Shown here piece after piece: positions 1-13,300 of a stretch of DNA of 64,000 bases; position 1 is the first letter of the stretch; every line of letters begins with the position of its first letter. Under the pieces are notes generated by a model. The model was not told the origin of the DNA. It saw nothing but the letters and a program-made list of their open reading frames with translations, and did not search any database. Both the position numbers and the translations under genes were made by a program. This DNA comes from Oopsacas minuta (Eukaryota > Animalia > Porifera). The stretch spans positions 759,055 to 823,054 of the forward strand of contig JAKMXF010000022.1 of NCBI GenBank assembly GCA_024704765.1. Direction: 5' to 3'.

Positions 1-259
1 AAAATTGCCTACCAAATTTAACAGACTTGAAGTAATCCATGGTTCAGTAAATATGGTCAGCGAACAGGCTAAAGTTTCATTGGTGTGGGAAATACCTTTT
101 TTTATCTGCATACTTAATTGATATGTATAACTGCATCCTTGACCTATAATAATTCAGGGGTCAGCAAATTGTGATTGGAAACCGGATTGTGTTCTATAGA
201 GGGTCATCAGAAATTGTTAAGGGTGTCGATAGCCCCAAAATGGGAGGGTTACTCTGCAG

Positions 260-344
260 CAAAGTTGAAACCGATGGAACCAAATATCAGTATTCATGGA
301 TAGCAACCTAACCAAATACTGATAGTATTCGGTTGCAACCTTCA
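260..344. mobile_element. hAT-like MITE, family A, copy 1
   Basis: Terminal inverted repeats caaagttgaaaccga / tcggttgcaacctt. 8-bp flanks ctctgcag / gtctgcag match 7/8 (TSD). Near-identical element at 16917-17035. Confidence 0.75.
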
Positions 345-453
345 GTCTGCAGTAACTAAGCTAACTATTATGATTAATCATAAATTATAAATTATTAAAC
401 TCCAACGTTCACAAGTTAGTGAATCATAAAATTAGGATTTATTTGATATTTTT

Positions 454-1735
454 ATGTCGAAAAATAAACGAGCCGTGAAGAGCCTTCTCGTGAAAGGAAT
501 TCCTAAGGAAGTTTCTAATCAAGAGCTTGGAGGTTTGTTCAGTACATTTGGTACCCTCTCAAATGTAAGTTTCTATTCGAATCCGGACAAACACTCAAAG
601 GTAGCATTTCTAACTTATTCCACAATTGAACAAGCTGATTATGCTCGACAAAACATAGAAAATTATCGATTTCCAGAATACTCACATGTACTGCATTGTT
701 TCTTTAACTATAAAGAAGATGACTCTAAATCTTATCGGTATAATAACCCTAAACATTCTAAAAAATTTCAATCAACAGCACAGAATAGTGCCTATCAGGA
801 TAATTCATTTCACGAGAATGAACATATTGATCCCGCCTCTATTCGTGTGCTAGTCACTCATGTAGAAAATGCTAGTTTTTTCTGGGGACAACCAATTTTT
901 GAGGATGATTTCATCAGGCCAGTGAAAACGATTGTGCCTATAAATGCTTACTGTCAATCAATAATGAACGGTGAAACTAATACAGAGACTGTTCTTGATC
1001 CAATTTATCACGCTGCAAAATTTGCAGACGGTAAATGGTATCGTGTAGAAATAAAGAGTAATGGAGAAGATCCAGCTAATATTCTATTTATTGACTATGG
1101 AAATTCTTCGACTGAGCGTCTGATGAATTTAATTCCTTTACCCCAACGATACTGTACTTCCCCGTTATGTTATAAATACTGTATAGGAAATACAGAAGAT
1201 ATACCTGACAGTCTGGTAACGAATAGAGAAAGGATAACTTTCTTATCTAAGATGATATTCGACAAGACTGTGTGTCTAACTAAGATACATCAACACCCTG
1301 ATGATCTTAACTGTACTGTCGTAGGTGTAACTTTGCCCTCAGCAGATGGAGGAATTAGAAATGTTGCTGAAGAGCTTAACAATTATGATCAAATTTTATC
1401 TAATTCTTATTCTTATTCTGAGAGTCAACATTCTACTATCACTCCAAGCACAAGTAATAACCCTCCTCAATATCCTAACTCTCAGTTATCTCAGACTACC
1501 ACCTCTCAATACGATAATTCTACATACTCTGCACCCCAGAGCCAATCTCAGTATCAGCAAATAACTTGTGATGCAAATCCGGTGATTGTACCGAATTATG
1601 TGAGTTCAAATACTCTCACTCTTATTTCACAAGGCACACAGCAACCCAGTCCCTTAGCTCCCTCTAACCAATTCATCTTTCCGACAACCATGTCTCAACA
1701 ACTCCATCAACAACAACCCCTTCAACATCAACATC

Positions 1736-1766
<31 letters not shown>

Positions 1767-3996
1767 TTATCCACACAACTCTGCTTTCGAATCTTACAAT
1801 ACAAACAGCTCGAGCAATCCTCTTCTTCCTATCCACTCCAATTCTGTTCAAGTTGATCAGCAGTTATGTCACCCAAATTACGATCCCTTGCACGGCCCGG
1901 AACTGATTAACAGATACAGGCAAGAGCTAGAGGATATGGATGAGAGGATGAAAGCTACCAGTGGGCGTGTGATTTCCCTTGAGACTCAAAATTCAGAATT
2001 GATGACAAAGCTAGAAGAGCTTGAGAGTCCAACAGGTTTTCAACGACTACTCGATACCATGACTGATAAATTGACAGAATTTGCTCACGCGAAAAAACAG
2101 TTATATTCCGGTCCAGATTTTAGTTGTCTGAGAGACATTGCTAATGAAGTTCTCTCCAACAGGAGTAGATTCTCTCTCAATCAGATGTCAGAGGTTGTGG
2201 AAATGCATTCTATTCAGGATCAGCTGGTTGGCTTGATAGCTCAGATCCGCTCTACCTCGGAAGGAGAGGAATGTCCCTCTCTCTCTCAGCTGATAAATCA
2301 GAGGAATGATTGTAGATGTAAACTTATTAGAAATTTGTCTTGTCTGATTGAAACGTTAGGCAATTTTCCATTAGAAGAAAGAACTGAAGAATTAAATGCA
2401 ATACATGAGCGTTTAATTCAGATCCCTGGTTACAGTCCTGAAAATGCTAAAGATATCGAATTGACTGTTTGTTTGGAAACATTTGATTCCGTTCAGTCAT
2501 TTGATATGAAAGAGTTGAAGGTTGGACAAGAAGATGAAGCAGGGCTTGATGAGTTATGTGCTAAGCTACATGTCTCTTTCAAATATTTTACCAAGTTACT
2601 GACCTTGGATCCAAGCGAAGAGATTGGAGAGGAGAAAGTTGAGAATGCTAGTGAGCTGATTCATAAGATTATCCAAACAGCTGATTGCGAAATAGCCGGA
2701 TTGAAGATGATGGAAGATATCCAGTCTGAGAGATGGAATACAGCTAGTTCCAGTCTCACTAATGCAGTAGCATATGAACTGGAGAGAGAGCTAGCAGAAG
2801 TACAGTCTATTAAAACATCTCTCCTGCCTAGACTTAAGAATGAACTTGAATTACTCAAGGACTGGGATGCTAATCCTCCCTCTTTAACCAAGTTACAACT
2901 GAACAGGAAGGAAATCAAGAAATTGAGAGCTGATCTTAGACACTTGAGGGTCGACATGAGAGAAGCTCTTGAAGATTCAGATATATATAATCTAGGTGAT
3001 ATTCAGATAAACATCAATACACTTCTCGCAAAATTCCACCAGTCATTGTTGACTGAACACGAGCAGATGTTGATCATCTCGAAACAATTTCACTCACATT
3101 TTTCAGAACTCTTTATCTTATATCCTGATCTCCCTTTTGCGCGGCAAGTTGAATTTGGACCGATTTACATGCACTCCTGGGAAGTGGACTATTTTGGTAA
3201 TTGTACAGAGATATCAATCTTTCCTGAGCCTACGAATTTGACCACTTTCAACCAAGAGAATTGTCTTTTGAGGGAAATTAAATTTTCTGACCATGATCAA
3301 CAATCAATTCTCGTTACTAACGTTAATAAACTCATCCAAATCGAACATCATTCCGTATTGAAATGTGATGCTATGTTCTTCAATAAGCCGAATACCAAAG
3401 CTTTTCTGAAACATCCTATGATTGAGGGTACAAATATTTTAGATTATATTCAGTCAGAAAAATCTTGCCGCTTATCAACTAAATTCTTATTATCGGAGAT
3501 TCTACACGGCCTAATGGCTATTCATAGTTCTGGACTTTATTGCCGATATTTAACAGAGAAGGACATATTCGTGAATTCATCTAGCGTATTAATTACAGGA
3601 ATTGAGCTCCAATCTGAAGCATCTGGTCCAGAGCTACACGCATATCACAGAAATGACTTATTTAACTTTTGCACTCTAATTCTATCTCTCTTCTATTGCT
3701 ATAAAAGAGATTTTATCGATTCTCGTGTGGGCGATTGTAACATTGAAGGTATCGTCAAGACTTCAGGGCTTAATGAAGAAACTATGAAATTCGCTCTCTA
3801 TGTTTTAAATGAATCGTCCACCCCATCCAGCCTTGTTGATCACCCATATTTTGACCAGCTTTCCAATACCGTTTCAACTTGCGAGAGAGAAGCTACTGAA
3901 CTCGTAGAAACTTCTATAATATTAGAATTTCAACCTGAGAATCCAGAAGGAGATGATGAGGAAGTTGAGAAACTTATGAATAACGATTCTCATTGA
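454..3996 (+). CDS. STK31: RRM-Tudor-coiled-coil-pseudokinase protein, STK31/TDRD8-like (1180 aa, intronless)
   Basis: N-terminal RRM (LLVKGIP...VAFLTY). Extended Tudor (VTHVENASFFWGQ...AKFADGKWYRV...LFIDYGN). Q/S/T-rich linker, long helical region, C-terminal kinase-like fold (FLLSEILHGLMAIHSSG, LVDHPYF) lacking the VAIK/HRD/DFG motifs. Orthology inferred from domain architecture only. Confidence 0.7.
1735..1764 (+). repeat. (CAA)10 microsatellite encoding polyQ
   Basis: Ten perfect CAA units in frame within the 454-3996 ORF. Confidence 0.95.
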
Positions 3997-4195
3997 TATG
4001 TGATCTATTAGTTATTTAGTTTTACTTTCTTATATTCGAGTATCCCAAATAATATTGGCAGTATTGTGATTAGTTTTGTATCTACTACTCTATACTGTAG
4101 ATCTGGAAAATTCCATGGTTAAAGGTCTGGGCTTGCAAAACGACAGGTCGACTAATAGTTCGTGCACCGTGTACTTTCTTTTCATGGGTCATAGA

Positions 4196-4518
4196 CAGGG
4201 TTGCCGTGGGAATGGGAATCGTAGTTATCCTATGGGATTTCCCACGTGTGAATCCCATGAGAATTTCTATAGGATTCCCATTTTAGAGGATTCGTTTCCC
4301 ATTCCCACGGCAACCTTGTAATAAAGACAGAATAATAATTAATAAGAATAGAATAATAATAGCATCATTGTGAAGGCACTCAAAGTCGAAAGTAGATATT
4401 ATAAGATATCCTATAGGATTTGGAATTCCCATTGGATTCCATATGGAATTTCAGGATTCCCACAGAAATCTTGTAGGAATGGAATGGGATTTGAAATTCC
4501 TTTCCCACGGCAATCCTG
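4196..4518. mobile_element. Compound TIR MITE (hAT-like CAGGGTTGCC termini)
   Basis: Left TIR cagggttgccgtgggaatgggaa at 4196. Its reverse complement occurs ending at 4318 and again (ttcccacggcaatcctg) ending at 4518. Outer flanks gggtcataga / gactcataga resemble a degraded TSD. Confidence 0.7.
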
Positions 4519-4803
4519 GACTCATAGAAAACATGAAAATATTTTAACAAGAAAATGTTCAGATCTACTGTATTTCACGTATTAGATACTTGTGACACAA
4601 ATAATTGTGATAAACGAGAGGCAATTTCGTGTCAGAGATTTACAGTTACAACTGTGGATTGTGGGAAAATTAGTAATAAATTCCATAATCTCCCTCAAAA
4701 TTGGGGGATGTATCAAATCACGACATCACAGTTATTTTACATTTTCGTTACCAAGCACTGCTGAATCATTTAGTGATAGTTTCATCATCTCTTTAGTCAG
4801 TAA

Positions 4804-4967
4804 AGTCTACCATAACGATGCAAATTAGTCGCATGCAACCAATCCAAGTTGCAACGTGTAGTATGTTGAATTTTCCATGCAACAAATTTGGGGAAATTGT
4901 TTGATGATTTTGAGGGCGATTTTGTTGCACCGTGTATGTTGCTTTGTTTCATCGTGTATGGTGGGCT
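4804..4967. mobile_element. PIF/Harbinger-like MITE
   Basis: Imperfect TIRs agtctaccataacgatgcaa / catcgtgtatggtgggct, flanked by TAA and TTA (TWA target typical of Harbinger). Confidence 0.55.
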
Positions 4968-5307
4968 TTATTAACACTTCGTTAGTGGCTTAACTGTTAG
5001 AAGGCACGCGGGACAGAGTCCCCATTTTCTTGAATATGACACTACAAGTACGTAATAAATGTAATTTCAATTTGTTACAACACTCTGAGGTGAAGTTATT
5101 TTTACGTCGATTTCAGTGGGTTTACCGAAAACTTGTAAGGAATTCTAAGAGAATTTCTTGCTACTGTCCCCGCTATATTATAGTAAAGTGGTCCAGTATT
5201 GAACTCTAAGTTCATTGGTAATTTTCACCCATGAATCTTACATGTAATTGATATTCTTATGTTCAGAATTGCTTTCAACTCAAATTTTGTGCATCTGGTA
5301 TTTGCTC

Positions 5308-5335
5308 AAATTATCTCCATGTATGGAGATAATTT
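5308..5335. other. Perfect inverted repeat upstream of actin
   Basis: aaattatctccat-gt-atggagataattt: 13-bp arms, 2-nt loop, about 170 bp before the actin ATG. Confidence 0.8.
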
Positions 5336-5483
5336 ATCTCAATCTGGGTTACAGGTTTTACCATATATAGGCATTTTCGTGTACTTTGTGCTTCCAATTT
5401 TCTTATAAGTAGTCAGGAACCTATGTTGCTTTACTATCTCAAGATTCAAATCTCAAATTTTACTTTCTTCACTAAACCAATAA

Positions 5484-6635
<1,152 letters not shown>

Positions 6636-7366
6636 GCTTCCAGCTACTGGCGTGTTTGAGTTGTATTACTTGGTAATTTATGTATATTTGTTAGCTTTTA
6701 GGTGATTATGTCAATTAAAACTACGAATACACAAACTCTTTTTAAACTTTAATGACCCTTACTTACAGGATAACTAAATTGGTGATTATATTCACACTTT
6801 TGGCCCAAGTCCATACATATTAGTATGACAGTAGACACGTAATATTAAAACGAATACGTTATTGTACAAATTTCTTGCAAATTATTCTCTCCATAGACCA
6901 TAGCGAACATATCGGATATAGCAGGAGAATTGCCCCACAATTATTTCTCAAATTGTATAAGTAACAAATATAATGTATTGAGAGTATCCTAATCAAACTA
7001 TTGGAAGCATGATTTTCCCGCGAAAACAAAAATTGCCAATATAAAACGAAGAATACCTATACAATGATGGTAGAATTTAGCACTCTTGTTAAGTCCCGAA
7101 GTGAAGTGATCAAGCCCATTGCATGATTAACGTGACCTCTTCCACCGACCCAGTGACTAGTGTACCATAATTCATTCAACATTACATGTTTGTAATTTTA
7201 TTTAATTTCTTATTTTAACAGAACACAAGAATATATATACAAGCTAGGAATAGTGAATAATATGTGAAAATACAATGAGAGATAATTAGTTAAAATATAG
7301 AAAAATATAATTGAATACATGTAATATTCTTCCTGGGTAAATACAGCTGAATGAGGGTTGCAAATG

Positions 7367-10300
7367 TTAGACCGCTGAATATACGGTAGATCTCTTCTTG
7401 ACTGCGAGTATCAAAATAATACAACACATTACTATTGCTAGTATAATCATGGCGGCAAGCAGCGCACATAGAACTGTGATAGCAATCCTCGAATCTGGAC
7501 ATGGACCTTGAACTAGAATAATTGGGAAAATGAATAAACAGTACAAATATGCCTCATAGTCGAATATGACTGAATTGTGACGATCGTAACAAAGGGTATG
7601 CACATCGGAAAAATCAATATTTAACGCATTTTAGATTCCTATGCTATTTTCGCTAGGGCGGCGATAATTTTCGATTTAAGCGGAGTTTGATATAATCAAT
7701 GGAATAGATTTATGTTACTTTGACGGTTTGGGACTATACATTTACAATTCTATATAACTGGAATTGACTGTATTACTATGAACTGATTATTCAATACTCA
7801 CTTTGTTTCTACTAAATTTTATGAAATATAAAAGTTATTACCTTGTAATGGTTCAACTTCTGATCCAATGAGTAAGTAGGTGGGTCCTGCTCCTATCGTG
7901 TATGGTGTAACAGATATGTTATAAGGGATTGTCACCTTAGATGGGATTATGATATCCCTGTTTATAGGGTCCTCACGGAATGAGATGCTCTTTTCTATTC
8001 CTTCAAACTCATACTCGAATACCACCAAATAGTACACAAGTACTCCATTTTGATCTATTAGGGGAGGAGCATACCAAGTGTACTTGGGCACTCCGTCTTG
8101 TTCATAATCACTCAGTTCAGAAATCGGCCTGCTTGGAGCTAGAATGAGAAATATATTAAAAACATTTAATATTAGCGAATTTAATAATTCGTATATCCAC
8201 TCTCACCATCTTGATCTGTCCTTCCTCTGACAGGTACAGAAAATTCCGTACCAGTACCGTTTGAGTAAACAGCTCTAACTGTAATTGTATAATATTCATG
8301 CTCCTCAAGGGATAGAATAGATTTGTAGAATTGGTATACCTCGCTTGTAACACAACCGTTTGTCTCAGGAAATCGATCCGCCTCATAACACACCTCCCAT
8401 GATGTTAGATTAGAGAATAGAGTCTCATTAGATGGTTCCCAGGTTACACGTAGCATAGTTGAAGATAGTGTGGCTACCTGGACATTAATTGGTGAATCTG
8501 CCAATCCTATAGGAATAATTATTTATTATGACAATTGTGGTTGGTAAATTTGCAATTACATTATCGTTTTATATTTCGTATAATATTAACAACTGCATTA
8601 ATTCCTCGTAACATACCTTCTAACAGAGTTAGAACATTAATAGTTGATTGATCTCCCTCAGTGTCAAGCTCAATAATACTGATAGTATAAGTTGTGTTCG
8701 GTGTCAAACCTGAAAACACAACCTCCCCATTGTTTAGAGTTTGTCCATATATAGTTTCACTGCAGTTAGATGATCTTTTGACAGTAATGCAAACCGTGAA
8801 TGAAGAAATGTTTAAGAGTATACCACTAGTTTCCCATTCAAAATAAATTTCATATGGAGACAAGGCAGTTCCGTCGACAGTTACTTGAAGTGTAGCTAAA
8901 AACAAATCGAAGCGTAAATACATTACGAAAACATTGAATTTAACTTTTTATTCAACTCACGGAATGTGGGCGTTGTTATCATTGTTTCTGCTACTGGACC
9001 TAATCCATCTTGATTCCACGGGTATACCATAACAAAATAAACCGTATTTCCTTCCACATCCGTGATCTCAACACTATTAACATCAGCTGTTACTGATGTG
9101 TTTATGGTGCAATTTCCTCCTGAAGTCATGGCTAAACACACATAGAAATGTGTCGGTACATTTTCTTGTGAAGTTGCATTGAAATCCCAGCTGACATTCA
9201 GACTGTAAAATTTAGTAACCACAGCTAGTAAGTTGGCCACCGCATCAATTGGAACTATTAAATATATTGTATCATAGATAGTTTTCAATTTTCAATTAAA
9301 CTGTATTAATCATAGACTTATTATCAATACCTAACCTGATGGAGATATCGTGGCTGTTGATGGATTTGATGAAGGGCTCGCCTCAGAATTTATGTAAATC
9401 CCTGGTCCTGTGTCAACATTGATGTAAGCAACAACTGTAAATGTGTACTCAGTATTAGGAGTCAAATCATAGATACGGAATGTCAAATTGTCATTTGGTT
9501 GCACTATGATTATACGATCACATTCAACCCCTGTACTACTGATACAAACTTCGTAATGATCAATTGGTATACTGTTTCCAGTTGGATTAATCGGAGTGAG
9601 GGTAACTAAAACACCATCCTTATCAACTGAGACTATTTGAAGAGATTCTGGTGGTTCTGTGGGTAGAAATAAAAATAAATAATGAGTGAGTAATAACTCC
9701 TATACGTAAGTGATGGTATTATTATTCTATTTACCTTGCTCTGTTATAGAGGTGATTGTAGTACTGGTTCCATTTCCCACTGAATTAGACGGTGTAATAG
9801 TTATGTTATATTCTGTATTAGGTTCCAATCCAGTGAATCCTACAAACTGATCAGATGTCTCTGTGGTGCTTATTACCTCTCCTCCAATACTGATTGTGAC
9901 ATAATATGTAATATTATTGTCATTAATAGCTATTGGCTCTGTCCAATTGACCCATACACTGGTACTGTTTGACATACTCTGAATATTCATTACTGATCCT
10001 TCTGGTGCTATAAATACGATGAAGGTAATATTGATCCATTTATGTGCGTGATTTGTATTTTAGTATCCTTACCTTCAGGTAGAGTTGTTATTGTGACAGG
10101 ATCACTCTCTGTGACCCCTCCGGGCCCAGATAAGATGACAACAACTTCATATTCTTGGTTAGGATCTAACTCATCAGTAATGCCAATAAAGCTGGTATCA
10201 TCAGCAATAATTGAAATGTTTGTACATAGAGTCGTCGAACTTCTTCTTACACAAACGCTAATATCGGAAACTGCGCCTCCAATTTCTGAAAGGTTTCCAT

Positions 10301-13300
10301 TGATAGTAACGAGAGGTCCATTTTCAACAATGACCTCCACATCTGGTTCCTCCGGTGGGCAAAGGCAAACTAGACAAAAACATTATAATGTTAGCAAAGA
10401 TATAGTACGTATATTGAAACGGTATATTGCCAAAATTAATTACCTTCGGTTTGAGCAGTGATTGTAGTACTGGTTCCATTTCCCACTGAATTAGACGGTG
10501 TAATAGTTATGTTATATTCTGTATTAGGTTCCAATCCAGTGAATCCTACGAACTGATCAGATGTCTCTGTGGTGCTTATTACCTCTCCTCCAATACTGAT
10601 TGTGACATAATATGTAATATTATTGTCATTAATAGCTATTGGCTCTGTCCAATTGACCCATACACTGGTACTGTTTGACATACTCTGAATATTCATTACT
10701 GATCCTTCTGGTGCTATAAATCAAATCAAATTAATATTGATTATAATTATCTTGTATTTTAATATCCTTACCTTCAGGTAAAGTGGTTATGATCACAGGA
10801 TCACTCTCTCTGTCTCCTCCGGGTCCAGTTGCAATTACAATAACTTCATATTCTTGGTTAGGGTCTAACTCCTCAGTAGTGCCAGAAAAGTTGGTACCAT
10901 TAACAGTAATTGAAACGTTTATGCATTCTGTAGAAGTATTAGAAAGTAATCTCACACAAACAGAAACAGAGTTTTCGCTATCTGAAATGTTTCCACTTAT
11001 AGTAACAAGAGGTCCATTTGCAACATCAACTTCAACTTCTGGTTTCTCTGCAGATAATTTTAGTATTTAAATATTTACATCAGAAATATTCAGAAATGCA
11101 ATAAATTCCAACAACTCACCGGGTAATGTTATTACTGTTATTGGAGTACTGTAAGGACCAGCTCCAGCACTTGTAAACGCTCGTATAAATATTCTGTACT
11201 CTGTATTGGGAGTCAATCCTGATACAATGGTTTGTGTAGTGGGAGTACTCACCTCTGCGAGTGATAAACAGAACCCGGAACTTGTAATCCTTACACACAC
11301 TCTATACTTTGTAATTATTCCATTTCTATCTTCTTCTATTACATCACCCCATGATACTGTTAAAGAGGTGTCACTATCAGCTGTTGCAGTAAAGTTTTGG
11401 GGAGCAGATGAAGGAACTAAAATATATATATCAAAATCGCTCTTGTAGAATCCATGACACAAAGTAAGCAGGTTTTCATCCAGGTTCATAAAACACGGCA
11501 AAAATTTCACACTAGGTGAAATCCCATGCGTATGTAAGCATGCCCCATACTCCTGGATAAACCCAGTTAGTAATTACTGCTATTACTTACAATATTCATT
11601 TGTTAATGCTGTTTTCACCAAACTGTAAACTTCAATTCCTCCTGGAGTTATGGCCTTCACGCTAATGTTATAGATCGTATAAGGTTGTAGATTCATGATA
11701 GTATAAGTAGTTTGTGTTTCGTCATCAATCTGTATTTCAGCTGATGTAACAGACGTACTTATAATTATCTCATAACTAGACACAGGTATGCTTGATACAA
11801 CCCAGCTAATATCAATTGTTGTTGGTGTAGTATCCACAATATTCAATATTAGTTCCATATCATCTGGATCGTCTAAATATATTAATAAATATTGTCTATT
11901 ACTTATATGTAAATGTTATACTTACTTGTTGTCGCGTTGATTGCTGGAGTTGATGGTCCTACACCAATTGCTGTTGATGCTCTGATCGTGAAGTAATAAG
12001 TTGTTCCTGGTTCTAAATCATTAAAAGTTAATTCCATTGCCCCTGTTACGTTTAGTTCTGTACAGGTATCAGTTACAACTCCGTAACATATCGTGTACGA
12101 AATAATTTCCCCATTGGCTAAATCTGTTTCAACAGGATCCCATAGTAATCGTATTGAACTTGTAGAGATAAGTTCAGCTCGGAAGTTGGTAGGAGCTCCG
12201 CTGGGTTCTAATGAGAATATAATTGAATAAATAAATACTACTATACGTCATAAATTATCTCTCATTTATAATGGCTGCAATTTTCTACCTGTTTCATTAG
12301 TTGTTGCTGATACTTCATTGCTTACAGGGGTCATTCCTACTGTAGTTACGAATTTGATAGTGAAGTACGATGTTGTTGCAGGACTAAATCCTTCTACTGT
12401 ATAGTCTTGCGATATTGCATTAGGTAGGCCAAGCCTGAAAGATGGGGCGGTTCCACCAGGCGAATCTGCAATAATTAGAATCACCTCAATTATTAAGCTA
12501 GATGGTACATTGGTATTAGTCCATGTCAGTCTTATCCTAGTAGCATCAACTGTTTCTGCCGTTAGAGTTACAGCTTGTAGTGACTCTATATATATTTATC
12601 CATCAGGTAAATGAAAGATTCAGTACAAATTTATTACCATTTAATAATGTATATTCAGACTAACCTGTTGTAACTTGATACTCATCTGTATATAACCCAA
12701 GTCCTCCTCCGTTCATAGCTCTTACACGAACTCCATATACTGTGTTAGGATCTAAACCAGATTGCGTTTTTACGAGTGGAGAAATTGTGGCGTTATGTGT
12801 CTGCTCAAAAAGACAAGACTCTGTATTGAGTTCTCTGATACAAATGAAGTATTCAAGTATTATACCATAAAGTTCATCATTTGAAGGTGGAGTCCAAGAA
12901 ATTTGAATCTCAACAGCTGATAATACAACAGCGCTTATGCTAGTTGGTGCTCCAGGATCTGTTAATATAATATTTCAATAAATGAATTCTGAAATGATTT
13001 ATGGATATATATTCATTATAAATAACTTACTCCTCTCTCCAGTACGTACAATAATTGTATTGCTTTCCTCGCTCCTTCCTTGCTCTGTGATAGCCACGAT
13101 GCTAACTTCGTACAATGTGTATGCATCAAGCCCAAACACTATTTTAGAGGTATCAGTTGCCAGAGCTGATACAATCATCGCACAAACGTCTGAGCCATTA
13201 AGCTTAATGCAAATTTCATAAGATTCTACTACTCCTTCAATGGATGAAGTCCATGTAATAGTAATAATATGATATGATCTGATTTCTGCACTAACTAGAT

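Noticed and set aside
5361-5371. CArG-like box ccatatatagg upstream of actin
   Set aside because: It has seven A/T bases rather than the six required for CC(A/T)6GG.
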